Positions 11,700 to 21,678 of a DNA stretch of 64,000 nt are shown here, piece after piece. Source of the DNA: an uncultured Alphaproteobacteria bacterium (lineage in GTDB: Bacteria > Pseudomonadota > Alphaproteobacteria > JAPULJ01). The notes beneath the pieces were generated by a model, which had not been told where the DNA came from, did not search any database, and saw only the letters and a list, made by a program, of their open reading frames with translations. Within the stretch, counting starts at the first letter, position 1. Every line of letters starts with the position of its first letter. The stretch spans positions 911-64,910 of the forward strand of contig CAZBRE010000004.1 of NCBI GenBank assembly GCA_964494065.1. Reading direction: 5' to 3'. The position numbers and the translations under genes are program-made.

Positions 11700-12853
11700 T
11701 GTTCGGCCGCAAGAAACAGGAGGGCGAGACGGAGTCCGAACCGCAGCCCGACGCGAAGAAGGGCTGGTTCTCCCGCCTCAAGGACGGGCTCACCAAGTCG
11801 ACCGACAAGATCACCGGCGGCATCGACGCCGTGATCGACGAGGCCCCCGAAGAGGCGGCGGCCCCCGCCGAGCCCGCAACGGAACCCGTCCCCACCACCG
11901 CCCCGGAGCCGGAAAAGCTCAAGGCCCCGGCCCGGACGCCAGCGGCGACCCAGACAGACGAGACAGAGGAGCCGGCCCGCCCTGGCCTGGCCGAGCGCAT
12001 CGTCCGCTTCGTGCGCCGCCGCAAGCTCGACGACGCCGCACTCGAGGCGATCGAGGATGTGCTGATCACCGCCGATCTCGGCCCCGCCGCCGCGGCCAAG
12101 CTCACCGCCGACCTGGCGCGCGACAAGTTCGACAAGGCGGTCTCCAGCGAGGAGATCCGTGAGGCGCTGGCCGAGAACGTGGCGGCAATCCTGGAGCCCG
12201 TCGCCCAGCCGCTCGCCCCCGATCCGGCGAAGCATCCGCATGTCGTGCTCGTGGTCGGCGTGAACGGCAGCGGCAAGACCACGACGATCGGCAAGCTCGG
12301 CAAGCAATGGACCGATCAGGGCCTCACGGTCAGCTTCGCCGCCGGCGATACCTTCCGCGCCGCCGCGGTCGAGCAGCTGAAGATCTGGGGCGAGCGCGTT
12401 GGCGCGTCCGTGCTCGCGCGCGACACCGGGGCGGATGCGGCCGGCCTCGCCTACGATGCGCTGCAGGGTGCCGCCGGGCGCGGCGACGACGTGCTGCTGA
12501 TCGACACTGCCGGGCGGCTGCAGAACAAGGCCGATCTGATGGCGGAGCTGGAAAAGATCGTCCGCGTGCTGCGCAAGCTCGACGCCAGCGCGCCGCATTC
12601 GGTCCTCCTCGTGCTCGACGCCACGGTCGGCCAGAACGCCCACAGCCAGGTGCAGATCTTCAAGGAGATCGCCGAGGTCTCGGGCCTCATCGTCACCAAG
12701 CTCGACGGCAGCGCCAAGGGCGGGGTGATCGTGGCGCTTGCGGAAAGCTTCGGCCTGCCGATCCACGCCATCGGCGTCGGCGAGGGCGCCGACGACATGC
12801 GTCCCTTTAAGCCCCGCGACTTTGCAAGGTCGCTTATGGGGCTGGAAGAATAG
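11699..12853 (+). CDS. ftsY: Signal recognition particle receptor FtsY
   Basis: Acidic N-terminal region followed by an NG domain (GVNGSGKTTTIGKL, DTAGRLQNK). The ATG overlaps the mtaB TGA (TGATG). Confidence 0.9.
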   Translation: MFGRKKQEGETESEPQPDAKKGWFSRLKDGLTKSTDKITGGIDAVIDEAPEEAAAPAEPATEPVPTTAPEPEKLKAPARTPAATQTDETEEPARPGLAERIVRFVRRRKLDDAALEAIEDVLITADLGPAAAAKLTADLARDKFDKAVSSEEIREALAENVAAILEPVAQPLAPDPAKHPHVVLVVGVNGSGKTTTIGKLGKQWTDQGLTVSFAAGDTFRAAAVEQLKIWGERVGASVLARDTGADAAGLAYDALQGAAGRGDDVLLIDTAGRLQNKADLMAELEKIVRVLRKLDASAPHSVLLVLDATVGQNAHSQVQIFKEIAEVSGLIVTKLDGSAKGGVIVALAESFGLPIHAIGVGEGADDMRPFKPRDFARSLMGLEE

Positions 12854-12863
12854 CCGCGCCTGT

Positions 12864-12895
12864 TTGCAGGGGCGGGTTTGAAACCCGCCCCTGCA
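12864..12895. repeat. Palindromic GC hairpin repeat, family A (TGCAGGGGCGGGTTTGAAACCCGCCCCTGCA)
   Basis: Near-perfect 31-nt palindrome between convergent ftsY and the EAL gene. Related copies lie at 30378 and 53391. Confidence 0.65.
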
Positions 12896-12904
12896 ACGAC
12901 GCGT

Positions 12905-14107
12905 TCATCGGCCGGTCACCAGCGCCGCGAAATCCGCGGCCGCCGTTGCTTCGCCGATCAGATAACCTTGCGCCAGATCGCAGCCCTCGGCGGCCAAGAA
13001 ATCGAGCTGGTCCTGCTTGCTCACGCCTTCGGCCACCACGCGCAGGTTGAGCGCGGCGGCAAGGCTGACGATCGCCCGCACGATGGCGACGTCCTCGGCG
13101 TTCTCCGGCAGCTCCTCGATGAAGGCGCGGTCGATCTTGAGCGCATCGACCGGGAAACCCCGCAGATAGGCAAGCGAGGAATAGCCGGTGCCGAAGTCGT
13201 CCACCGTGATCGAGACGCCGAGCGCAGCCAGCGAGATCAGCGTGACCGCGACCTGCTCGGGATCGCGCATCAGGCTCGACTCGGTGATCTCGATCTCGAG
13301 CCGTGCGGACGGCAACCCAGTCTCTTGAAGCACACCGGCGACCGTCGTGGCGAAGGCCGGCGCCTCGAACTGCTCGGCCTCGACATTGACCGCGACGCTC
13401 GCCTCCGACCACGCGGCGGCATCGGCGCACGCCTGACGGAGCGCCCATTCGCCCAACGGCCCGATCAGCTCGCTCTCGCGCGCGACTCCGAGGATGAGGT
13501 CGGGCGCCACCCGGCCCCGCTCGGGATGCTCCCAGCGCAGCAGCGCCTCTGCCCCGGTGATCCGCCCGGCGGCGATGTCGAGCTTGGGCTGATAGCCGAG
13601 GCGAAGCGCATCCGTTTTGAGCGCGGTGCGCAGATCGCGCGCGAGACCGACCCGGTCTTCCGCTTCGACGGTGACCGCGCGGGCGTGATAGGCAAAGGCC
13701 GCCCCGCGCTCCCGTGCCCGATCGAGCGCACCGCCTGCGAGCGCGGCCAACTCGTCCGGCGCGCGGCTGTCGTCCGGGTAGAGCGCGATCCCGACCGCGG
13801 CCTCCGGCCCCAGCCCGTCGAGCAGCTTCTGGGCCAGGAAGGCCGCTTCGTCGAACCGGTCGAGATCGGTCTGGATCACCGCGAAGCGCGCCGCATCCAG
13901 GCGTGCCACCGTGTCGGTCGCCCGCACCCGCTCGGAGAGCGCGGCTCCTGCCGCTTTGATCGCATCGTCGCCGGCGAGCGAACCCGGATCGACCACGAGC
14001 ACCGCCAACGCGCCCTTCCGCCGGTCAGCGCGCGCCATCGATTGACGGAGCCTGTCGCCAAACAGTGCGCGGTCGGGGAGGCCGGTGAGGGGATCGTAGA
14101 GCGCCAT
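12905..14107 (-). CDS. Degenerate-GGDEF / EAL domain protein (probable c-di-GMP phosphodiesterase)
   Basis: GGDEF-like fold with the GG(D/E)EF position replaced by ...RLDAARFAV... The EAL domain carries the intact EALLRW motif. Start at the internal ATG 14107 (MALYDPLTGLPDR). Confidence 0.8.
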   Translation of the reverse strand: MALYDPLTGLPDRALFGDRLRQSMARADRRKGALAVLVVDPGSLAGDDAIKAAGAALSERVRATDTVARLDAARFAVIQTDLDRFDEAAFLAQKLLDGLGPEAAVGIALYPDDSRAPDELAALAGGALDRARERGAAFAYHARAVTVEAEDRVGLARDLRTALKTDALRLGYQPKLDIAAGRITGAEALLRWEHPERGRVAPDLILGVARESELIGPLGEWALRQACADAAAWSEASVAVNVEAEQFEAPAFATTVAGVLQETGLPSARLEIEITESSLMRDPEQVAVTLISLAALGVSITVDDFGTGYSSLAYLRGFPVDALKIDRAFIEELPENAEDVAIVRAIVSLAAALNLRVVAEGVSKQDQLDFLAAEGCDLAQGYLIGEATAAADFAALVTGR

Positions 14108-14176
14108 GGGACGGCGACGTTTATACCACCGTGTCACAAAAATGACTCGGTGTAGTTCCCTCGCGCACCCATCAGC

Positions 14177-14947
14177 TCAGCCGAAGGACAACCCCAGCCC
14201 GTCCCAGACGAGCTTTATCCCGGTGCCGAAGAGCAGCAGATAGGCGATGCGGTAGAAGATCGCCTCGGGCACCCGCTTGTGCAGCCAGACGCCGACCCAG
14301 ACCCCGAGCGGCGCCAGCGGCAGCAGCACCAGCGCGGTCGTCATGTTCGCCGTCGAAAGCTGGCCCAGCATCGCATAGGGCACCAGCTTCACGTAGTTGT
14401 AGACCATGAAGACGACCACCATCGTGCCCTGGTAGAGCGTCTTGTCCATCTTCTGGGGCAGCAGGTAGATCTGCGCCGGCGGGCTGCCGGCATGGGCGAC
14501 GAAGCTGGTGAAGCCGGCGACCGTGCTCCAGAACCCGCCGCGCCAGATATGCGGTTCGGTCGCCGGCATGTCGCGGCGGCCGAGGAGCGGCGCGCCGACC
14601 CAGCGATAGAGCGTGAAGGAGAGCGCGATCACGCCGACGATCAACCGCACGATGTCGTCGGTCAGATGATCGAAGCTGACCCAGCCGATGCCGATACCGA
14701 CCAGCCCCGCCACGATCATGATCGCAGTATTCCGGCGATGCCAGGTCTTGCGGTAGGCGACGAGCCCGGCGATGTCCATCAGGCAGAGGATCGGCAGCAT
14801 GATGGCGGCCGCCTGCACGGGCGAGATCAGGAGCGCCATGATCGGCACGGCAACCCCGCCCGCACCGCCGAAGCCGCCCTTCGATATGCCGGTCAGCATC
14901 ACCGCCGGCACCGCGGCGACATAGAACCAGGGATTGTCGATCAACAT
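14177..14947 (-). CDS. TauE/SafE family sulfite exporter-like membrane protein
   Basis: Internal ATG start (MLIDNPWF...). About 8 TM helices and glycine-rich GG..G motifs typical of TauE/SafE. Confidence 0.75.
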   Translation of the reverse strand: MLIDNPWFYVAAVPAVMLTGISKGGFGGAGGVAVPIMALLISPVQAAAIMLPILCLMDIAGLVAYRKTWHRRNTAIMIVAGLVGIGIGWVSFDHLTDDIVRLIVGVIALSFTLYRWVGAPLLGRRDMPATEPHIWRGGFWSTVAGFTSFVAHAGSPPAQIYLLPQKMDKTLYQGTMVVVFMVYNYVKLVPYAMLGQLSTANMTTALVLLPLAPLGVWVGVWLHKRVPEAIFYRIAYLLLFGTGIKLVWDGLGLSFG

Positions 14948-15053
14948 GGGCGCGCGTCTTCTCCGGAGCACCTTCGTCTGGCGGCCGCCGCCGCGCCTTT
15001 CGGCAGCCGCCGCCACTGGCGCACCAAACGCGCGCGGCCTATATACAGCCGTC

Positions 15054-15635
15054 ATGAACCCGATCGTCAAATTCTTAGTCGAGGTCGGCCCGCTCGCCGC
15101 CTTCTTCATCGCCTATTCGAGCTGGGGCGGCGAGGACGACAAGGCGAAGCTGATCGCCGCCACCGCGATCTTCATGGTCGCGATCGCGGGCTCGCTCGCG
15201 GTTTCGGTCTGGCTGGAGCGGCGCGTTCCGCTGATGCCGCTGGTCAGCGCCGCCGTGGTGTTCGTCTTCGGCGGCCTCACCCTCGCCCTCGACAGCGAGA
15301 TCTTCATCAAGATGAAGCCGACGATCATCAACGCGCTCTTCGCGGTGATCCTGTTCGCCGGGCTGGCGCTGGGCCGGCCGTTCCTCAAGCATCTCTTCGG
15401 CGCGGTGATGAACCTCGACGAGGTAGGCTGGAAGAAGCTTTCGATCCGCTGGGCGTTCTTTTTCTGCGCCGTGGCGGTGTTGAACGAGATCGTCTGGCGG
15501 AATTTCTCGACCGACCTCTGGGTCAACTTCAAGGTCTTCGGGATCCTGCCGCTGACGCTCGTCTTCGCGCTCTCGCAGACCCCGCTCATCCAGCGCCACA
15601 CGGTCCCCGAGGACGCGCCCGCCGGCAAAGGCTGA
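15054..15635 (+). CDS. yciB: Intracellular septation protein A (YciB/IspZ family)
   Basis: MNPIVKFLVEVGPLAAFFIAY... is a typical YciB N-terminus; 5 TM helices. Start at the internal ATG 15054. Confidence 0.8.
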   Translation: MNPIVKFLVEVGPLAAFFIAYSSWGGEDDKAKLIAATAIFMVAIAGSLAVSVWLERRVPLMPLVSAAVVFVFGGLTLALDSEIFIKMKPTIINALFAVILFAGLALGRPFLKHLFGAVMNLDEVGWKKLSIRWAFFFCAVAVLNEIVWRNFSTDLWVNFKVFGILPLTLVFALSQTPLIQRHTVPEDAPAGKG

Positions 15636-15647
15636 GCGCCGTCCCCG

Positions 15648-16181
15648 CTACCGCTTCCGCATGTCGCCGGTCTCGCCGGGCGGGTTGGTGCGCACGGTGT
15701 GGTCGCCCGAGGCTTCGCTCTCGCGGAAATGGTTCAGCACCCAATGCACGCTCGGGAAGGCGAGCTCGTCCCAGGGAATGTCGTCCCAGGCGAACAGCGC
15801 GACCTCCTGGCTTTCGGGCCCCGCGGCGAAATCGGGCGCGGGCAGATGCGCGCGGAAGAACATCTGCACCTGGCTGAGGCGCGGGATGTTGTAGACCGCG
15901 AGCAGCCGCTCGATCTCGATCCTGGCGCAGGCCTCCTCAAAGGCCTCGCGCGCCGCGCCCTCGGTGATCGTCTCGTTGAGCTCGAGATAGCCGGCAGGCA
16001 CCGTCCAGAAGCCGCGCCGCGGCTCGATCTCGCGGCGGCAGAGCAGAAACTGCTCCTCGAACGTGACCACCGAGCCGACGACGATGCGCGGATTGTCGTA
16101 CTGGATGAAGCCGCAATCGGGGCAGACCAGCCGCTCGCGGTCGTCGCCGTCGGGCACGGTGCGCACCGACGGGCCGCTCAT
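15648..16181 (-). CDS. NUDIX hydrolase with N-terminal zinc ribbon
   Basis: [12 protein letters not shown] zinc ribbon followed by Nudix box [21 protein letters not shown]. Start uncertain; alternatives at 16181 and 16235. Confidence 0.7.
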   Translation of the reverse strand: MSGPSVRTVPDGDDRERLVCPDCGFIQYDNPRIVVGSVVTFEEQFLLCRREIEPRRGFWTVPAGYLELNETITEGAAREAFEEACARIEIERLLAVYNIPRLSQVQMFFRAHLPAPDFAAGPESQEVALFAWDDIPWDELAFPSVHWVLNHFRESEASGDHTVRTNPPGETGDMRKR

Positions 16182-16379
16182 GTTGCCGCTCGCTGATTTA
16201 GGAGGCCGGGAATCTGCAGGTACGCGCGCGCTCATGACGCTAATCTGGCCAGCGACGCCGCGCCAGGCAAGTCTGCGGGCCTGCGCCGCGCCGCAGGCAC
16301 GCCAAATGTCTTGAATTGACACGCCCCGCGCGCGACCTTGGTGCGCTGCAACAACCAACGGCACCGAACCGCAAAACGC

Positions 16380-16865
16380 ATGGCCGACCCTCCCCGCGAG
16401 CCCCCATACAATCCGACCACGGCCGCCTTCTCCTCGCCGATCCCCCACGTCGCCGAGCTCGGCATCGAGCTGGTCGAGGCGGGCGGCGGGCGCGGGCTGA
16501 TGCGCCTGCCCTGGCGGGAGAACCTCGTCGGCAATCCCGAGACCGGGGTGCTGCATGGCGGCGTCGTTACCACCCTGATCGATTCGATCTGCGGGCTTGC
16601 CTGTCTCACCGCGCTGGAGAAGCCGCAGCCGATCGTCACGCTCGATCTGCGGATCGACTACGTGCGCCCGGCGACCCCGAAGCTCGACATCTTCGCCGCG
16701 GCGGATGCCTACAAGGTCACGCGCCAGGTCGTCTTCCTGCGCGCCACCGCCTATCAGGAGGACCCCGACGATCTCGTCGCTGCCGCCGTCGGCACCTTCA
16801 TGCTGAGCGGCCGGCTCGGCATCCGCCCCACAAATGAAGGTGCCACGAGTGAGGGCGGATCATGA
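16380..16865 (+). CDS. PaaI-family hotdog thioesterase
   Basis: [23 protein letters not shown] motif of the PaaI/4HBT thioesterase family. Start at the internal ATG 16380. Confidence 0.75.
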   Translation: MADPPREPPYNPTTAAFSSPIPHVAELGIELVEAGGGRGLMRLPWRENLVGNPETGVLHGGVVTTLIDSICGLACLTALEKPQPIVTLDLRIDYVRPATPKLDIFAAADAYKVTRQVVFLRATAYQEDPDDLVAAAVGTFMLSGRLGIRPTNEGATSEGGS

Positions 16866-17311
16866 GCGCCTTCGTCGACCTGATCGCCGAAGCGAAAGCG
16901 AGCGGCGACATCCAGGGGTTGATCGACGCCATCCCCTACCACGCCTATCTCGGCATCCGGGCGCGCGAGGAAAACGGCGCGCTCATCGCCACCCTGCCCG
17001 AGAACGAGAAGATCATCGGAAACCCGGTGCTGCCGGCGATCCATGGCGGCGTGATTGGCGCCTTTCTGGAAACAACCGCGATCTTCCACCTTCTATGGAC
17101 CGGCCAGACGGTCCACGTGCCCAAGACGATCACGATCACCGTCGACTATATGCGCTCGGCCGGCGTCCGCGACACATACGCGAAAGCTCAAATTACAAAG
17201 CTCGGATCGCGTGTGGCGAACGTGCGGGCGCATGCCTGGCAGGACGATCCCGAGAGGCCCATCGCGGCGGTCAATGCCAATTTCTTGATTCAACCTGCTG
17301 ACAACGGCTAA
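16862..17311 (+). CDS. PaaI-family hotdog thioesterase (tandem paralog)
   Basis: NPVLPAIHGGVIGAFLETTA motif. The ATG overlaps the upstream stop (ATGA). Confidence 0.75.
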   Translation: MSAFVDLIAEAKASGDIQGLIDAIPYHAYLGIRAREENGALIATLPENEKIIGNPVLPAIHGGVIGAFLETTAIFHLLWTGQTVHVPKTITITVDYMRSAGVRDTYAKAQITKLGSRVANVRAHAWQDDPERPIAAVNANFLIQPADNG

Positions 17312-17668
17312 TCCGTTAATTATAAACAAAAATTAGCCATGGCGGACGGCGCGCATCTGCTCGCAAAGCGTCTTTGGCCACCCGAAATACAACCGCATTT
17401 CCATTAACCTCCTGACTAATTTTATTAATTCTTTGGTAAGTCCTGCCCCCGAATAATCGACCCGAAGCCGCGAGGAAACGCGGCCGTGAACCACCGGAAC
17501 GCGCTGGCGCATGTAGCGTGGCGGGACCGGGTGGAAAGAGAGGTTTTGGGTAAGGAGAGCGGCGGTGCATAGACGCACCATTTCACAAATGGCCTTCGGG
17601 GCCCGCGGACCGCGCCGTTTTGCGCGCGGCCTTCGCGCGTGCGCGCTCGGGATTATGGAGACGGAGCG

Positions 17669-18817
17669 ATGACCGCCGTCGCCCAAGCCGCGCTCATGGC
17701 CGCGCCCGATATCGCCAATCTTCTCGACCTGGCCCGCGACCACACGCGTGCCGGCCGCGCGACCCTGGTCGATGCGGTAGGCAATCTCTTCATTACCCGC
17801 GAAGGCGGCTTGAGCGCCCGCGAGAGCGAGCTCATTTCGGAGATCCTGTGCCGGCTGATCGAAGACGTCGAAGTCTCGGTCCGCCAGACGCTCGCGGAAC
17901 GTCTCGCCGACCGGAGCGACGCGCCGCGCGATCTGATCGTGCATCTCGCCAATGACGAGATCGAGGTGGCGCGCCCGCTGCTGGTAGACAGCCCGCTGCT
18001 CGACGCTCCCGAGCTGATCGAAATCGTGCGCCACCGCTCGCGCGAGCACCAACTCGCGGTCGCGCTGCGCACCGGCATCAGCGTGCCGGTCTCCGATGCG
18101 TTGATCGCCAGCGGCGACGGCAGCGTGATCAAGACGCTGCTGGAAAACGATAGCGCCGAGATATCGATGCTGGCCTTCGAGTATCTGGCCGAGCAGGCGC
18201 GCCGCACCGACGCGTTCCACGAACCGCTGATCGATCACCGCCACCTGCCGGCCGAGCTGGCCTCGAGGATCTATTGGTGGGTCTCGGCCGATCTTCGCGG
18301 CCGCATCATCGGTAAGTTCGACATCGACCCGATCGCGCTCGATGAGACCTTGCAGCTCGCCGTCCGCGACATGATCGCCGAAGCCGATGAGCAGGTGAGC
18401 GGCGACTCGGGCAAGGCCAGCGAGCTGGTCGAGCATCTCTGGCGCAGCAATGCGCTCGATGCGAAGCTGCTCATCCAGGTCCTGCGCGAGGGCGAGATCC
18501 CGCTCTTCGAAGCGATGTACGCGAAGATTACCGACCTGCCCGTCGCGACCATAAAGATCCTGCTCTACGAGCCGGGCGGCGAGCAGCTTGCCGTGGCCTC
18601 GAAGGCGGCGCAAATCTCCAAGCCCGACTTCGCCTCGATCTTCCTGCTGAGCCGCCAGGGCCGGCCGGGGGACCAGACGGTGGACCCCGAGGAGCTCTCG
18701 CGGGTGCTGGCCTATTACGACACGCTGAACGGCGACGTGGCCGTCGACGAGGTGCGCCATTGGCGCGTCGATCCCGATCGCATCAGGATCGGCCAGGCCC
18801 CGACCACGATCAACTGA
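17669..18817 (+). CDS. Conserved alphaproteobacterial hypothetical protein (DUF2336-like, repeat-containing)
   Basis: GGAG RBS 8 nt upstream of ATG 17669. Internal repeats of L..D.S..I...L pattern. Coding-like composition, unlike the antisense ORF on the other strand. Confidence 0.6.
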   Translation: MTAVAQAALMAAPDIANLLDLARDHTRAGRATLVDAVGNLFITREGGLSARESELISEILCRLIEDVEVSVRQTLAERLADRSDAPRDLIVHLANDEIEVARPLLVDSPLLDAPELIEIVRHRSREHQLAVALRTGISVPVSDALIASGDGSVIKTLLENDSAEISMLAFEYLAEQARRTDAFHEPLIDHRHLPAELASRIYWWVSADLRGRIIGKFDIDPIALDETLQLAVRDMIAEADEQVSGDSGKASELVEHLWRSNALDAKLLIQVLREGEIPLFEAMYAKITDLPVATIKILLYEPGGEQLAVASKAAQISKPDFASIFLLSRQGRPGDQTVDPEELSRVLAYYDTLNGDVAVDEVRHWRVDPDRIRIGQAPTTIN

Positions 18818-19184
18818 TCGCTTCTACCTGAACCGGGTCGCCCGGAGTCGCGTCCTTCAGCGCGCGCACATCATCGGCCGCCCGCGCCCAGATATTCGTA
18901 GGCGCAGCAAGCCGGATCTCGTCGCCCTCGGAGATCGGTGTGCGGCCATAGCCGATGGCGATCGCATCGCCCTCGACCCAGAAGGCAATCTCCCCCGGCT
19001 CGACCACGGCGCGGGCATCGGCCTCGCGCGCGACCGAGACCGGGGTCTCGAAATAGACCTCCTCGCCCCATGTGAGCGCCTGCGCCTCGATGGGCAGCGC
19101 CGCCAGGACGGCCGCCGCCGTGGGCGTGTCGAGCGTCTCGGCCTCGATGGAGACCGCGCCCACTGTGATCCTGATCCGCGCCAT
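18810..19184 (-). CDS. Small hypothetical protein (cyclophilin-like fold family suspected)
   Basis: 124-aa ORF starting 5 nt downstream of the pgk stop, with coding-like composition. Family assignment is tentative. Confidence 0.45.
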   Translation of the reverse strand: MARIRITVGAVSIEAETLDTPTAAAVLAALPIEAQALTWGEEVYFETPVSVAREADARAVVEPGEIAFWVEGDAIAIGYGRTPISEGDEIRLAAPTNIWARAADDVRALKDATPGDPVQVEAIS

Positions 19185-19189
19185 CCGTG

Positions 19190-20407
19190 TCAGCCCTCCG
19201 CCCGCCCCTTGACGTCACGTCGCAGGGCCTCGACGCCCGGCAGCGCTTTTCCTTCCAACCATTCGAGGAAGGCGCCGCCAGCCGTCGAGACGTAGCTGAA
19301 GTCGTCCGCCACCCCGGCATGGGCCAGCGCCGCGACGGTGTCGCCGCCACCGCCCACGGTCAGCAGCTCGCCGGCCTTGGTCCGCGCCGCCGCCGCGCGC
19401 GCCACGGCCACGGTCCCGGCATCGAAGGGCGGCACCTCGAAGGCGCCGAGCGGGCCGTTCCAGACGAGCGTCCGCCAGTCCTCCATTGCGGCCGTTAACA
19501 CCGCCACGCTGGCCGGGCCGACATCGAGGATCATGGTGCCCGCCGGCACTTGCCCGATCGGTACGGTTTGGGTCGCAACGCCAGCCTTGAGCTCGGCCGC
19601 GACTACGCCGTCCTCGGGCAGCAGCAGCGTGCAGCCCGCTTCCCTGGCCGCGGCCTCGACATCCCGCGCGGTGCCGACGAAGTCGGGCTCCATCAGCGAG
19701 GCACCGACATCGATCCCGCGCGCATGAAGGAAGGTGTTGGCCATCGCCCCGCCGATCACGATCGTGTCGACCTTGGCCGCGAGGTTTTCCAGGACGGCGA
19801 TCTTGGTCGAGACCTTGGCGCCGCCGATGAGCGCCGCGAGCGGCCGCTTCGGCGCATCGAGCGCGCCCGAGAGCGCTTCAAGCTCGGCCTGCATCGCCCG
19901 GCCCGCCGCCGCCGGCAGGAGATGCGCGATCCCCTCGGTCGAGGCATGGGCGCGATGTGCGGCCGAAAAAGCGTCGTTCACATAGAGGTCGCCGAGCTTC
20001 GCCAGCGCCGCCGCGAACGCCGGATCGTTGGCTTCCTCGCCGGGATGGAAGCGCAGGTTCTCAAGCAGCGCCACCTCGCCGTCGCCGAGGCCGTCGATCA
20101 CGGATGCCGCCGCGTCCCCGACGCAGTCGGGCACGAAGACGACCGTGCGGCCGAGCGCCGTCTCGAGCGCCGGCGCGACGGGCTTGAGCGAGAACTCCGG
20201 CTTGGCCTCACCCTTGGGCCGGCCGAAATGCGAGATCACGACGACCTTCGCGCCCTTCTCCGCCAGCTCGTTCACGGTCGGCGCCAGGCGGTCGAGCCGC
20301 GTCGTGTCGCTCACCTTCCCGTCGGCCATCGGCACGTTGAGATCGCCGCGGACCAGCACCCGCCGTCCGGCCACGTCGAAATCGTCGATCGTCTTGAAAC
20401 GCCCCAC
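19190..20407 (-). CDS. pgk: Phosphoglycerate kinase
   Basis: FKTIDDFDVAGRRVLVRGDLNVP...ISHFGRP...GGGDT motifs. Confidence 0.9.
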   Translation of the reverse strand: MGRFKTIDDFDVAGRRVLVRGDLNVPMADGKVSDTTRLDRLAPTVNELAEKGAKVVVISHFGRPKGEAKPEFSLKPVAPALETALGRTVVFVPDCVGDAAASVIDGLGDGEVALLENLRFHPGEEANDPAFAAALAKLGDLYVNDAFSAAHRAHASTEGIAHLLPAAAGRAMQAELEALSGALDAPKRPLAALIGGAKVSTKIAVLENLAAKVDTIVIGGAMANTFLHARGIDVGASLMEPDFVGTARDVEAAAREAGCTLLLPEDGVVAAELKAGVATQTVPIGQVPAGTMILDVGPASVAVLTAAMEDWRTLVWNGPLGAFEVPPFDAGTVAVARAAAARTKAGELLTVGGGGDTVAALAHAGVADDFSYVSTAGGAFLEWLEGKALPGVEALRRDVKGRAEG

Positions 20408-20443
20408 GCGTTGCCGCCCTTCGTCTTGGTTCTAAGAGAGTGC

Positions 20444-21553
20444 CTATTCCATATCGATCGAGGCCGCGCCCGCAACCGCATATTCGCTGGGGCCGATATC
20501 GAAGATGTTGCGGATCGGATCGCCGAGCAGGCCGATGGCGCCCGGCTGGCGCGCGCCCTCGATGATCGTGACGTCGCCCAGCTCGCCGCCGACATTGTCG
20601 ACGCGCAGCCAGTGGACGAGGTTGCCGGTCTCGATGTCGATCACCGCGACCGCGCATTGCGGATTGGCCCGCGCCTTGGCCAGGGTCTGGGCGATCGGCA
20701 GCTCGTCGAAGCCGGCCTCGCGCCGCGGCCGCGACAGAGTGACGACGGCATAGCGTCCGACGAAGGAAAGCCCGCGCAGAAACCCCGGACACAAAGCCAC
20801 GCGCTCGAACCGGCCGGTGGCCGTGTCGACGAAGCCAAGATAGCCTGTGCCCGATTCGAGCAGCCACAGCTTGCCCCGATAGACGCGCGGGCTGTGCGGC
20901 AGCGAGAGCCCGCGGGCGATGACCGTCCCCCCGGCGACGTCCATCACCACGCCGCTATCGGCGCGCCGGTCGCGCCAGCCGCCTGCGGTGTTCTCGCTCG
21001 CCAGCGCGGTCACATAGCGCAGCTTGCCCTCGTCGACGGCGATGCCGTTCAAATGGCAGCGGTCCTCAGCGACCAGCGCGCTCACGAAGGGCGGCCGCCA
21101 GACCGGCACGAAGTTGTAGAGATCGCGCAGCTCGGCCACGCAGGAGAAGAGCGGGTTCGCGAACAGCACCCGCCCCTCGCCATCGACCGCGATGTCGCCC
21201 GGCCGGATCTCGCCCGTCGTGTAAGCCGCCTGCGGAATGAAGAGCCGGTCGTAGCCCGCGACCGTCACGCCGTCGGCGAGCCGGTTCTCCATCCGCCAGA
21301 TCTGGTAGCGCGTGGCCAGGAAGATGCTGTCGTCCACCGCCTTCACGGCGTAAGTGCGGCCGAAGGCGCGGCCGACCAGCGCGATCTCGCCCTCCGAGGT
21401 GAGCCCGACCAGAAAGAACATGCCGCCCGTGCGCGTGGTCAGCGCCAGGCCGATATGGCGCGCGGTCAGCCAGTCGGCAAAGCCCGACGAGCGGCTGAGC
21501 TTCGGCCGGTCGATCGTCTCATCGGCGCGGTGATTGCCAACTGTGCTGTTCAT
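20444..21553 (-). CDS. Conserved hypothetical protein, TIGR03032/DUF4915-like
   Basis: 369-aa soluble protein with repeated beta-strand-like segments. Family recalled from memory, not verified. Confidence 0.5.
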   Translation of the reverse strand: MNSTVGNHRADETIDRPKLSRSSGFADWLTARHIGLALTTRTGGMFFLVGLTSEGEIALVGRAFGRTYAVKAVDDSIFLATRYQIWRMENRLADGVTVAGYDRLFIPQAAYTTGEIRPGDIAVDGEGRVLFANPLFSCVAELRDLYNFVPVWRPPFVSALVAEDRCHLNGIAVDEGKLRYVTALASENTAGGWRDRRADSGVVMDVAGGTVIARGLSLPHSPRVYRGKLWLLESGTGYLGFVDTATGRFERVALCPGFLRGLSFVGRYAVVTLSRPRREAGFDELPIAQTLAKARANPQCAVAVIDIETGNLVHWLRVDNVGGELGDVTIIEGARQPGAIGLLGDPIRNIFDIGPSEYAVAGAASIDME

Positions 21554-21678
21554 CGTCGTCGGGCCGGCGCGCTAAAGCTCCCGGGAGGTTGCCCCCCGGA
21601 ATAAGGTTTGGATGGGCGCCGCCGCCGCCGATCCGAATAAAAAATCGTCCAATCAAATCAATCGATTAACGAATCACA

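Noticed and set aside
14279-15877. 532-aa plus-strand ORF
   Set aside because: Runs antisense through the TauE gene and out of frame across yciB and the Nudix gene. Highly Arg/His/Asp-rich nonsense composition.
17333-18760. 475-aa minus-strand ORF opposite the DUF2336-like gene
   Set aside because: The plus-strand gene has an RBS, amphipathic repeat structure and normal composition. The minus frame is Arg/Gly/Asp-rich with no motifs.
19550-21604. 684-aa plus-strand ORF
   Set aside because: Antisense to pgk and the TIGR03032-like gene, both of which carry clear signatures.
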